Source of the DNA: a virus
DNA length: 64,000 nt
Direction: 5' to 3' (one strand)
Virus record (IMG/VR): IMGVR_UViG_3300010965_000002
Coordinates: 1-64,000 of that record
The position numbers and the translations under genes were made by a program. Every line of letters begins with the position of its first letter. Within the stretch, counting starts at the first letter, position 1. Positions 19,190-26,921 of this stretch are shown here, one piece after another. The notes beneath the pieces were generated by a model that saw only the letters and a list, made by a program, of their open reading frames with translations, did not search any database and was not told the DNA's origin.

Positions 19190-19760
19190 AAGCACCCATT
19201 GGCATTAGTTGTGTTGACCATACTGTGCCTGTTTTAATCTTCTCTAGCAGCAGACCTCGCTTGCGCAAAGCAGCTAACGTAGCGAAACACCAAGCCTTGG
19301 AAAGATCAGGATTGTGTTGAAATGTGTCAATGACTTCATTGGGTACTGGTCTACCCATCATTGATGCTATGGTAACTTTGGTTTGGGAGAATGTTTCGTC
19401 GAAACCGACGTGACCCAGACAGATAACAGCTTCGCGGAAGCCACCACCTTTGGGTGTTAGATACCATTCCATAATGGCGTAGCGAGGAACATAACTTAAC
19501 TGAGCTTCCAACAGTGTTGCAAGCCCTGCTTTATCAACGTCAACGATACCCGTTACAGCTAACGCAGTTTCGTCTGACATGACGAGTAGTTGAGGTGCCA
19601 TTGGCGTTTCATGTGCACCTAGCACACGATAGCCGTTTAACTCCCCAACATTCTCAACCCAGCAGCAATGTGCAGATTTAAGCAAATTCCAAACACGCTC
19701 CCCATCAAAGTTCTTGAGTTCAGTTGAACACAGCAACTCTTTCAGAGGCGTGAGAATCAT
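19176..19760 (-). CDS. Hypothetical protein
   Basis: ORF coupled to hfq. Confidence 0.65.
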   Translation of the reverse strand: MILTPLKELLCSTELKNFDGERVWNLLKSAHCCWVENVGELNGYRVLGAHETPMAPQLLVMSDETALAVTGIVDVDKAGLATLLEAQLSYVPRYAIMEWYLTPKGGGFREAVICLGHVGFDETFSQTKVTIASMMGRPVPNEVIDTFQHNPDLSKAWCFATLAALRKRGLLLEKIKTGTVWSTQLMPMGAYGIQ

Positions 19761-19981
19761 TTGCCAACCTCAACAGCTTTTGGTCTTGCAATCGTAGAGA
19801 TTGCGTCCTTGAACACCAGGTTCTCAGCTTTAGCCCCGTCGAACACGATGGCTTGTTCGTCTTGTTCCAAGATAGCACCCGTCAACTTGACGCCATTACG
19901 CAGATACAGGCTTACCTGAGTCTTGTTGGCGATCAATTGGGCGATAAACTTTTGATTCATCGCATGATCTTGAGTGGTCAT
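19757..19981 (-). CDS. hfq: Hfq-like Sm protein
   Basis: VSLYLRNGVKLTG.I...D (Sm1) and LVFKDAISTI (Sm2). Confidence 0.88.
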   Translation of the reverse strand: MTTQDHAMNQKFIAQLIANKTQVSLYLRNGVKLTGAILEQDEQAIVFDGAKAENLVFKDAISTIARPKAVEVGK

Positions 19982-20039
19982 AGCATGTCCTTGCTTGGAT
20001 TGCTAGAGCAACCGTTTCCGATTACTCTAGCAGCCTTTG

Positions 20040-20621
20040 TTAACCACCAGGTGTGGCGTCATCATTCCATTCGTCGTCTTCGTCAGCCGCCGCTGCAGGT
20101 GCAGCCGCTACAGGCGCAGCAACGACGGGCGTAGAAGCGGCAACGTCTGTTGCATCGTCTTCACCTTCGTCATCAGCGTCATCAGCGTCATCACCTTCTT
20201 CGTCGCCGGTGCCTTCGATGTCGTCTTCGTCACCGTCTTGCAGACCTTCGTCGTCTTCGTCATCGCCTTCGTCGTCATCACCGAGGGCAACAACTTGGTC
20301 TTCGACTTCGATGCCATTCAACAGGGCATACTTGTTGAACACTGCTTCGAGGACTTGTTCCGTCTGGACAGGCTTGTAGCTTGCCAGCTTATTGACATGA
20401 CGCTGCAAGGCAACCACATCTTTGTTGAACAAGGCTTCTGCAATGGCTTGACTGGCTTTTTCGACGTTCACACCTACTCCAATTTGGAATGTTTTTGCTG
20501 GACAGGAATCATTGCCCTTGGTAAAGTGGCAGCCATCGTGAAAAGTCTTCGCGTGGGATACCAGATGACCGCAGGAATTACACTTGGTGTTAGCCAAGGG
20601 CACAAATTGAATTGTACTCAT
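20040..20621 (-). CDS. Cys-rich N-domain protein with acidic C-terminal tail
   Basis: CNSCGH..H..CH..CP; D/E-rich tail. Confidence 0.75.
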   Translation of the reverse strand: MSTIQFVPLANTKCNSCGHLVSHAKTFHDGCHFTKGNDSCPAKTFQIGVGVNVEKASQAIAEALFNKDVVALQRHVNKLASYKPVQTEQVLEAVFNKYALLNGIEVEDQVVALGDDDEGDDEDDEGLQDGDEDDIEGTGDEEGDDADDADDEGEDDATDVAASTPVVAAPVAAAPAAAADEDDEWNDDATPGG

Positions 20622-20642
20622 TTTGTTTTCTCCAATTAGACA

Positions 20643-20660
20643 AAGGGCCGAAGCCCTCTG
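20643..20660 (-). terminator. cUUCGg hairpin, putative terminator
   Basis: AGAGGGCTTCGGCCCTTT; same hairpin core recurs at 57184-57199. Confidence 0.55.
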
Positions 20661-20696
20661 TCAGTTCGTTACTGAATGGTGGTTACAGACCAGGAC

Positions 20697-21527
20697 TTAT
20701 TCCCACTCGTCGCCGTCTTCGTCGTCGCCGTCGTCATCACCTTCTTCGTCTTCGTCGTCGGCTTCTTCTTCATCATCGCCAACTTCTTCGTCTTCGTCGT
20801 CGGATTCTTCGTCGTCGCCGTCGTCATCACCTTCTTCGTCTTCGTCATCGCCTTCTTCGTCATCACCTTCTTCGTCTTCGTCGTCATCACCTTCTTCGTC
20901 GTCACCGTCTTCATCGGCTTCTTCGTCGTCGCCTTCGTCGTCGCCACCACCGCTGCTCACACCACCTTGAGTGGCTTCGATGCGGGTGTTTTCGTCCATC
21001 GTGAAGGTGGCAGTTGCGCCATCTTCAAACGTGACGGTCAGGCGGCCATCGGCTTCGGCAAATTCCACCACGTCATCGTAGTAGCGAACTTCGGCTTCGC
21101 CCTTGACCACGGCGCTGGATTCAGTGTGCAGGATGACTTGGCTGAACGGGAAGAAGTCGGTGCGCAGATGCTTGCTACGGGGCAGCTTGTGCTCGACAAC
21201 GATACCGGCGCTTTGCTCGGTAACGGATTCAACCTTTTGCAGTTCGCGTGCGCCCTTGACCAGGAAGCTGACTTGCCACAGAGACTTCGGTGCTTTCTTG
21301 ACGGTTTTCTTGGCAGGCGCAGCCGCTTTCTTCACAACCTTCTTGGCGACCGGAGCAGATTTCTTGGCAGTGGTTTTCTTGGCAGGCGCAGCAGGAGCTT
21401 TCTTCACAACTTTCTTGGCGGCAGGCGCTGGCTTCTTCGCAGCAGTGGTCTTCTTCACAGGTGCAGCCGCTTTCTTCACAACCTTCTTGGTTGCAGCAGA
21501 AGCACGCAGTTTGGTTTTGGTAGCCAT
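20697..21527 (-). CDS. Histone-H1-like Lys/Ala-rich N-terminus, small globular core, acidic tail
   Basis: AKKVVKKA/AKKT repeats; about 80-aa D/E/G tail. Confidence 0.85.
   Translation of the reverse strand: MATKTKLRASAATKKVVKKAAAPVKKTTAAKKPAPAAKKVVKKAPAAPAKKTTAKKSAPVAKKVVKKAAAPAKKTVKKAPKSLWQVSFLVKGARELQKVESVTEQSAGIVVEHKLPRSKHLRTDFFPFSQVILHTESSAVVKGEAEVRYYDDVVEFAEADGRLTVTFEDGATATFTMDENTRIEATQGGVSSGGGDDEGDDEEADEDGDDEEGDDDEDEEGDDEEGDDEDEEGDDDGDDEESDDEDEEVGDDEEEADDEDEEGDDDGDDEDGDEWE
20700..20945 (-). repeat. Low-complexity coding repeat (D/E/G codons)
   Basis: 39-bp direct repeat at 20718-20756 and 20808-20846, plus shorter units. Confidence 0.8.
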
Positions 21528-21623
21528 GTTGATTTTCCTTCAATGAGATTAAAAGCGCCCAGATGACAAGAGACACAATGATCGGGCCAACCAAAGTGTA
21601 GTATCCACGAATGGATGTTTCGT

Positions 21624-22166
21624 TTACAAAGCTATCACCCGCCACTTGCGTGGTACAGGTAACTTTAGAGCGTTAGACATGGGAGACAGTGTTTCTAGTG
21701 GACTATTTACATCCACACACTTGTACCAGCCTGCTCCGGTGGTGAAACCGTGACCTATCAGTAGGTTTCTGGTGAGCAAAGCATTGTGGTTGTGAGCCAC
21801 GCTGCCTTGCACACCATACGCTACAGGAACTATTACGTTACGCTTGTTATTTACAAGACGTGTGAGTATGCCTAGTTGACGTGGTTTTGTGCCACCCCAA
21901 CTCGACCAACCAGCACGCAAATCTACGGGCCAGTCATACTCAGAGAGTAAACCATCGTGTTCGCAGTTTTGCCGCATCCACTTTTCGTAGTTTACCACAG
22001 TTTTCTTACCTGACCAAATCGGTTCGATCACAGCATATTTACAGTGTCGCCTTTTCAGTTCAGAAAGTGCTGAATTTATCCCCACAAGCCCCGTGCTGAC
22101 GATAGCACCGAAGGGCGATGCGAAAGAAACCACTTGTTCAGCCACGTTAGTCCGTGAGTTTCGCAT
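21624..22166 (-). CDS. Hypothetical protein
   Basis: ORF; overlaps upstream gene. Confidence 0.5.
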   Translation of the reverse strand: MRNSRTNVAEQVVSFASPFGAIVSTGLVGINSALSELKRRHCKYAVIEPIWSGKKTVVNYEKWMRQNCEHDGLLSEYDWPVDLRAGWSSWGGTKPRQLGILTRLVNNKRNVIVPVAYGVQGSVAHNHNALLTRNLLIGHGFTTGAGWYKCVDVNSPLETLSPMSNALKLPVPRKWRVIAL

Positions 22167-22990
22167 ATTGCTTTCAGATCAGGTGAATACTTGCCAGGGA
22201 TTAGTCTGGGCAGAATGGTCTGCATTGCAGAATCCGTAATCACTGAGGTGTCCAGCTTGGTGAGTGAATAAAAGACCTTCAATTGCTTGCGCTGCTTTTC
22301 AACAGCCTTGTGCCAGCGTGGTGCCAGTTGCGCACGGTTTTCCACAATGCTACGCAACGAGCCCCATTCATGCAGCATTTCCAGCGCATTCTTAGGACCG
22401 CAGCCTTTCAAGCCAGGGATTCCGTCAACACCGTCACCGCACAGGGCCAGATAATCAGCCACTTGATTGGGTTCGAGTTGCCATGCTTCACGCAGCTTTG
22501 CAAGATTCCAAAGCTCAGGACCGTTGCCTAGATTGCGAATCTGGCTACAAGTCTCACTCACTTGCTGCAGGAAGTCTTTGTCATTGCTGCCGATCAGGAT
22601 GCTGCGGTTTGGCAGATTCGTGATGCACCCAATGGCATCGTCAGCGTCAACGCCAGGCTTTTGAAGCACACACAGTCCAGCAGCACGCAGAATATCACGG
22701 GTGATAATCATCTGGTGATGCAGACTTTCATCCATGCTTGAAGCACGTTGCGCTTTGTAGCCTGCGTAAATCTTCTGCTTGGATGCTCGGGCACCACTGC
22801 CATCGAATACAATTGCGCATTCATCAGGCTTGTACATCTGAATGTCAGTCAGCACGGCCTTGACCGTACCATGAATGGCACCCGTTGGCTTGCCTTTGAA
22901 CGTCAAGCGTGCTAAGCCTTTGTTTCCGGCACTGCGACGAAACAAATTGTTTCCGTCCCAGACCATTAGCTTGGTCAGTTTTTTAGCCAT
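22076..22990 (-). CDS. 5'-3' exonuclease / flap endonuclease (PolA N-domain-like)
   Basis: DGNNLF, VFDG, YKAQR, GVDADD, SNDKDF.Q, DYLALCGDGVDGIPG.KG.GPK.A. Confidence 0.93.
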   Translation of the reverse strand: MAKKLTKLMVWDGNNLFRRSAGNKGLARLTFKGKPTGAIHGTVKAVLTDIQMYKPDECAIVFDGSGARASKQKIYAGYKAQRASSMDESLHHQMIITRDILRAAGLCVLQKPGVDADDAIGCITNLPNRSILIGSNDKDFLQQVSETCSQIRNLGNGPELWNLAKLREAWQLEPNQVADYLALCGDGVDGIPGLKGCGPKNALEMLHEWGSLRSIVENRAQLAPRWHKAVEKQRKQLKVFYSLTKLDTSVITDSAMQTILPRLIPGKYSPDLKAICETHGLTWLNKWFLSHRPSVLSSARGLWG

Positions 22991-23000
22991 GCTGTTTCTC

Positions 23001-23579
23001 TTAACGGCCTGTAGGTACGAACATTCCAGGCATGTTGTTCATGTTGAGCCCTGCATTCTGGAACGCAGAGGTCATTGTCATGTGCGCCGACGATGCAGCA
23101 TCCATCACACAATTACGCAGCAACATTGCCACCATGCCCATAGCCATAGTGTTGAACAAGTCTTTGTTGGCGACGTTCAGATCGGGCTTGGCCTTTTCAG
23201 TCAGCCATTCTTGGAGACTGACACGCAGTTCAGAGCCTTCATCGTTGATGATCGCCAGCAACTGAGGTGCAAGCGCACTGTGCAAAGTCGTCCACACCAT
23301 TTGACGGAAAGGCGTCATCTTGCTGCCCAAGACCATAGCATCACGCTTGATTCGTTTGTCGTTGCCGTAGCCATAGCTACCTGCTTCGTACTTCGGGTTG
23401 TCCACTTCGATAGTGGTTTGGGTGACGGTCAACAGTTGTTCGGTTTCAAAGAAGGCTTTGATTTCGATTTCAACCAGTTCGTCGATTTTCTCTTTGGGGA
23501 TTAAGTCCATGAAGGCGGACAAGATTCGTTCGCGGATAACATCCTTGAACTGTGACGGAAGTGCAACATCATTGCTCAT
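23001..23579 (-). CDS. Hypothetical protein
   Basis: ORF with AAGGA SD. Confidence 0.7.
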   Translation of the reverse strand: MSNDVALPSQFKDVIRERILSAFMDLIPKEKIDELVEIEIKAFFETEQLLTVTQTTIEVDNPKYEAGSYGYGNDKRIKRDAMVLGSKMTPFRQMVWTTLHSALAPQLLAIINDEGSELRVSLQEWLTEKAKPDLNVANKDLFNTMAMGMVAMLLRNCVMDAASSAHMTMTSAFQNAGLNMNNMPGMFVPTGR

Positions 23580-23604
23580 AACATTCCTTTAACAAAACAA
23601 AACG

Positions 23605-23680
23605 TGGTGGGACGTGCGGGGGTCGAACCCACGACAAATGGATTAAAAGTCCACTGCTCTACCAACTGAGCTAACGTCCC
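23605..23680 (-). tRNA. tRNA-Lys(UUU)
   Basis: Cloverleaf GGGACGT..CTTTTAA..ACGTCCC-A-CCA. Confidence 0.97.
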
Positions 23681-23768
23681 AAAAATACTTACCATTACGG
23701 GTTGCCGAGCTTCCGTAGTTCATCGGCATGGTCAGATTATAAGCTACGGTGTTAGCCTGACAATTATC

Positions 23769-23844
23769 TGGTGCCGCTTGTCGGAATCGAACTGACGACC
23801 TACCGCTTACAAGGCGGTTGCTCTACCAACTGAGCTAAAGCGGC
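23769..23844 (-). tRNA. tRNA-Thr(UGU)
   Basis: Cloverleaf GCCGCTT..CTTGTAA..AAGCGGC-A-CCA. Confidence 0.97.
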
Positions 23845-23848
23845 GTGA

Positions 23849-23974
23849 TTACGTTGGAGGTGTGGTGTAAGCAAGGTCCATGCGTTGCACATGATGACCT
23901 TCTTCTTTGTAAACCAGTGCCTCAGTAACAGGCACGTCTTCAATCCAGCGATTGAGATACCAAACACGGTACAT
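23849..23974 (-). CDS. 41-aa small protein (MYRVWYLNRWIEDVPV...)
   Basis: GGAGG SD 4 nt before ATG; not in the ORF track. Confidence 0.6.
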   Translation of the reverse strand: MYRVWYLNRWIEDVPVTEALVYKEEGHHVQRMDLAYTTPPT

Positions 23975-24012
23975 AACACCTCCAAACATAACAAAACAGG
24001 TTAATACTCACT

Positions 24013-24226
24013 TGTGACTCCGGCAGGACTCGAACCTGCAACCGTCATGCGCTTTCAATGTGTTCGGATTCCAGTTTAACCGGGCAACGCTTCCCAGGAT
24101 TTCGCGGTCAAAAGGCGTTACTCTTTATACGCTACTGCCCTATTCGCCACATCTTCCACGCACACGTTCATTCTACCCACTGAGAGTTGTCTTTCGCAAC
24201 GTCAGTGATTTTTGAATTAAGGAGTC
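24013..24226 (-). ncRNA. tRNA-like structured RNA of about 214 nt
   Basis: GACTCC/GGAGTC acceptor-like stem, canonical T-arm GCAGG-TTCGAGT-CCTGC, long internal helices, pseudoknot. Confidence 0.7.
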
Positions 24227-24239
24227 GCAACTGAGCACT

Positions 24240-24329
24240 TGGTGCCCGGAGCCGGAATCGAACCAGCACGCCCGTTTCCGAAGCGACGGATTTTAAGTCC
24301 GTTGTGTCTACCGCTTTCACCATCCGGGG
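24240..24329 (-). tRNA. tRNA-Leu(UAA), C1:C72 mismatch
   Basis: Class II cloverleaf, anticodon loop CTTAAAA, long variable arm, CCA. Confidence 0.93.
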
Positions 24330-24379
24330 TGAGTACAGATGCGTGCTGCAAAACTTAATTGTAGCACACATTAAAAATG

Positions 24380-24820
24380 AGGGTGTCCAGTCAATCTGAT
24401 AACAGAGACTCCATCATGATCAGGAGGCTGGACTAAGCTAGAGTATTGCTACCCTAACCGCACTCTGCCGGTGGTCAGCTTTTAGGCTGCCATGCGGAAG
24501 CTACTTTCGTTTGCATTTACTTTGTTTGCATACGTGATTTTCGAGGGTACATGCTACCTCGTGTTGTAAACGCCACTATCTTACGCTGTCGAAACCAGGG
24601 CAGGCCCATCAGAAGAACACTACAACACCACACTAAAGCCCAAGAAGATATTGCTTATTTGCGGCAGTGCATCCCTTTCGGGTAGTCCGTTGATACAACT
24701 AGACTCAAGTGCGCTTCTGGTGGACCTGGCGGGAATTGAACCCGCGTCCAGCATACATTCGCTTTGTCTTTCAGAGCATGAACACGGTACGCAGGTCTTG
24801 CAACCTACTGCGTCATACTC
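24380..24820 (-). ncRNA. ssrA: Circularly permuted (two-piece) tmRNA
   Basis: Acceptor piece ending CAGGTCC-A-CCA at 24718, intervening segment 24608-24717, coding piece starting GGGCCTG at 24607 (G3.U70), pk1, tag ORF 24482-24514 ANESSFRMAA*; outer ends approximate. Confidence 0.92.
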
Positions 24821-24824
24821 ACAC

Positions 24825-25250
24825 AACAATTGACTTTTGCTTTCGCAAAATTCAGCACGGTTACTCGGCTCCCTTAGGGAACTGTTCCGGCGTCACCTTT
24901 TTCGTTGTGACAGCACTCACGGCAGGTCATTGTACTAATCAAGTCTCAGACCTTTATGGCGTCTTCATTCGGCCAACACCTTGATTCCGTGTTGCTAACA
25001 TCGTTTTATCTGGCCCACAATGTCACCGAAGATGTGATTAAACCGTCTGACGGGTCGCACACACGCACCTGCAATTGAACTTGACAGTCTTGCTGGGAAC
25101 AAGACATGATGTTGGCAGCTTCTGGATTGCGCTGCATTTGGGGCTCCGAAATCTAGGTCATAGTCTACGGAATCGAACCGTCAACCACCCCAACAGCCGA
25201 CCACCACACCCGGCTGGCTCTACCTAGACACGTTGGCGTATCAGACTACG
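24825..25250 (-). ncRNA. Large structured RNA with embedded tRNA-like module (GOLLD-like candidate)
   Basis: No ORF; many hairpins (GAAA, UUCG loops), long-range GCAGGT/ACCTGC pairing, tRNA-like unit at 25156-25249. Confidence 0.6.
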
Positions 25251-25262
25251 CATTCAACATCA

Positions 25263-25592
25263 TCAACCTACGACAGCGTAGGCTTGGCGATTAGAGCGAA
25301 GCTCCATCACCGTTGCGAGATTAAGAGTACGGTATTGGCCTGCTTTAGCATCGAAGATCGTCAAGTAGGGACGCGAATCCGCCACTGTCTTATTCTCTCC
25401 GCCTTTAGCATGGCAATGAACACCGAGGCGTCCATTAAGTGCGCGAACGCTACCGTCTTGCTTAACGAAGTCAACCCCAACGAAACGACCCTTCAATGAC
25501 ATCAGGTAATCTTTGAGATTCACACGATGCAATTCAGGACGCACATTGACTTCGATTGTGGGTACTGCTTCCGATACTGTTATTTCAAGCAT
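25263..25592 (-). CDS. Hypothetical protein, possible SH3-like beta barrel
   Basis: V.FVK.DGSVR.L.G.. and YRTL motifs; GGAG SD. Confidence 0.7.
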   Translation of the reverse strand: MLEITVSEAVPTIEVNVRPELHRVNLKDYLMSLKGRFVGVDFVKQDGSVRALNGRLGVHCHAKGGENKTVADSRPYLTIFDAKAGQYRTLNLATVMELRSNRQAYAVVG

Positions 25593-25599
25593 AAGACAC

Positions 25600-25925
25600 T
25601 CCGATTTAGGTTACTACACAGATCATGCGTTTTCACGCAAACAGGAATCGACGATTCCCGCGCCGGTTTTTTCCGTAGCAGCACTTCTAAACTGAGCCAG
25701 GACGAGCCACAATGTCTCGCGGTAATTACTTTACAGCAAACCATAAAGCACTTACCGTGAGGCACTGTTACGTTTCTCACAGGTTGGATTTCTACACCCA
25801 CTCCAACAGTGGTTTCACTTTTTGCCTCAAACGTGAATCACTACGTCAGAGTTCATTTGAGGCGATCATGCACATTCGTAGAATGAAGAGGTACACAACC
25901 CAGGAGGTTCAACTCTGACGGAACA
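25600..25925 (-). ncRNA. Candidate double-pseudoknot structured RNA
   Basis: 10-bp stem 25844-53/25911-20 crossed by 25824-31/25856-63; second crossing pair set at 25755-25811; GNRA hairpin. Confidence 0.55.
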
Positions 25926-25932
25926 CAAATCT

Positions 25933-26586
25933 TTAATCTTCGTCGTCTTCGCCTAGACTGAAATAGTCGATGTTTAGACTATCTTCGTCTATCTCTAGTA
26001 CCTTATCCGGCACTTTCAGTTTTGAAACCTTTGTAAGTACCGCCACTGCTTCAACGCGACTGCCTCTTACAGGTGTAACTAGCTCTTTATACGCTTCTGC
26101 AAGCATCGAGTTATCTTGTTGCCAATTATCTTTCATTCCAGGTTCTTCTGGAGCAAGGTGCATCAGTCGTTCGTAGACCTCGGTAACAATACTGTCATAC
26201 GAGGGAAAGCGCGTTGCCATTTGCAGATTACGTGTCCAGCAGTATCCACCATCTACACGTTCAGGTAGTATGCACCAGTAACCCGTACCATCACCACTTT
26301 TTAACACGTATTCACATGCAGACTTTACTAGATAGTAGCCTCGCTCATGAATGAACTCAAGCTCACCATCATCGTTGTCAGAGCAGTGTGGTGTTCTGTG
26401 TGTTACAGTGCCTTTAGGCATTCCATGAAAGTGTTGTCTGTTGCAGACAGGACAGAAGAACACCACCCTTCCAACAGAATGCTCAAAACATTCATATATA
26501 GGGATGTGTCTCTCAACTGCCGACTTCTGTTCTTTGGCAGACAACGCAGACAAAAGCGTGTCATGACCCGCAATGGTATCGCTCAT
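25933..26586 (-). CDS. Hypothetical protein with CPVC..H.HG..H.C motif
   Basis: ORF with AAGGA SD. Confidence 0.7.
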   Translation of the reverse strand: MSDTIAGHDTLLSALSAKEQKSAVERHIPIYECFEHSVGRVVFFCPVCNRQHFHGMPKGTVTHRTPHCSDNDDGELEFIHERGYYLVKSACEYVLKSGDGTGYWCILPERVDGGYCWTRNLQMATRFPSYDSIVTEVYERLMHLAPEEPGMKDNWQQDNSMLAEAYKELVTPVRGSRVEAVAVLTKVSKLKVPDKVLEIDEDSLNIDYFSLGEDDED

Positions 26587-26599
26587 ACAATTTCCTTAG

Positions 26600-26915
26600 G
26601 CTTTGTCGTAAGCACTTTACGCTAACAATTGGCACTATGTTAGTAAGTGTCCTAGTCACTACGACTAAGATAAGGTTCGCGTAAACACGCCGTGTTAGTG
26701 ATTGGTTCGGGATTTTACCGCTGGAAGATATATTGCGCCCCAATCAGCGCACAACCATGTTTCTGACTAATGCCAAAGGACTGACTGGTTTCAGTCAGAC
26801 TCCACCACTGCATCATTGTAAGGATGCAGACTTCTATGGCGCTTGGTTGGCCCTACACCAGCATATACTGAACCCTAATCGCGAGGGCCTTGCGCGACAT
26901 CCCGTTTTCAGTAAA
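26600..26915 (-). ncRNA. Candidate structured RNA
   Basis: 7-bp hairpins at 26781-98 and 26808-29; hairpin 26734-51 whose loop pairs with 26699-705. Confidence 0.45.
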
Positions 26916-26921
26916 CTGCCA

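Noticed and set aside
20700-20945. Contingency microsatellite or regulatory repeat
   Set aside because: Explained by the D/E/G low-complexity coding tail.
24013-24226. A second tmRNA (short frame ANRAVAYKE*)
   Set aside because: No G3.U70, no typical resume context, and the frame overlaps a predicted helix; kept only as a tRNA-like RNA.
23800-24829. ORF-track frames 23800-23994, 24168-24371 and 24620-24829
   Set aside because: They run through tRNA and tmRNA sequences and lack ribosome-binding sites.
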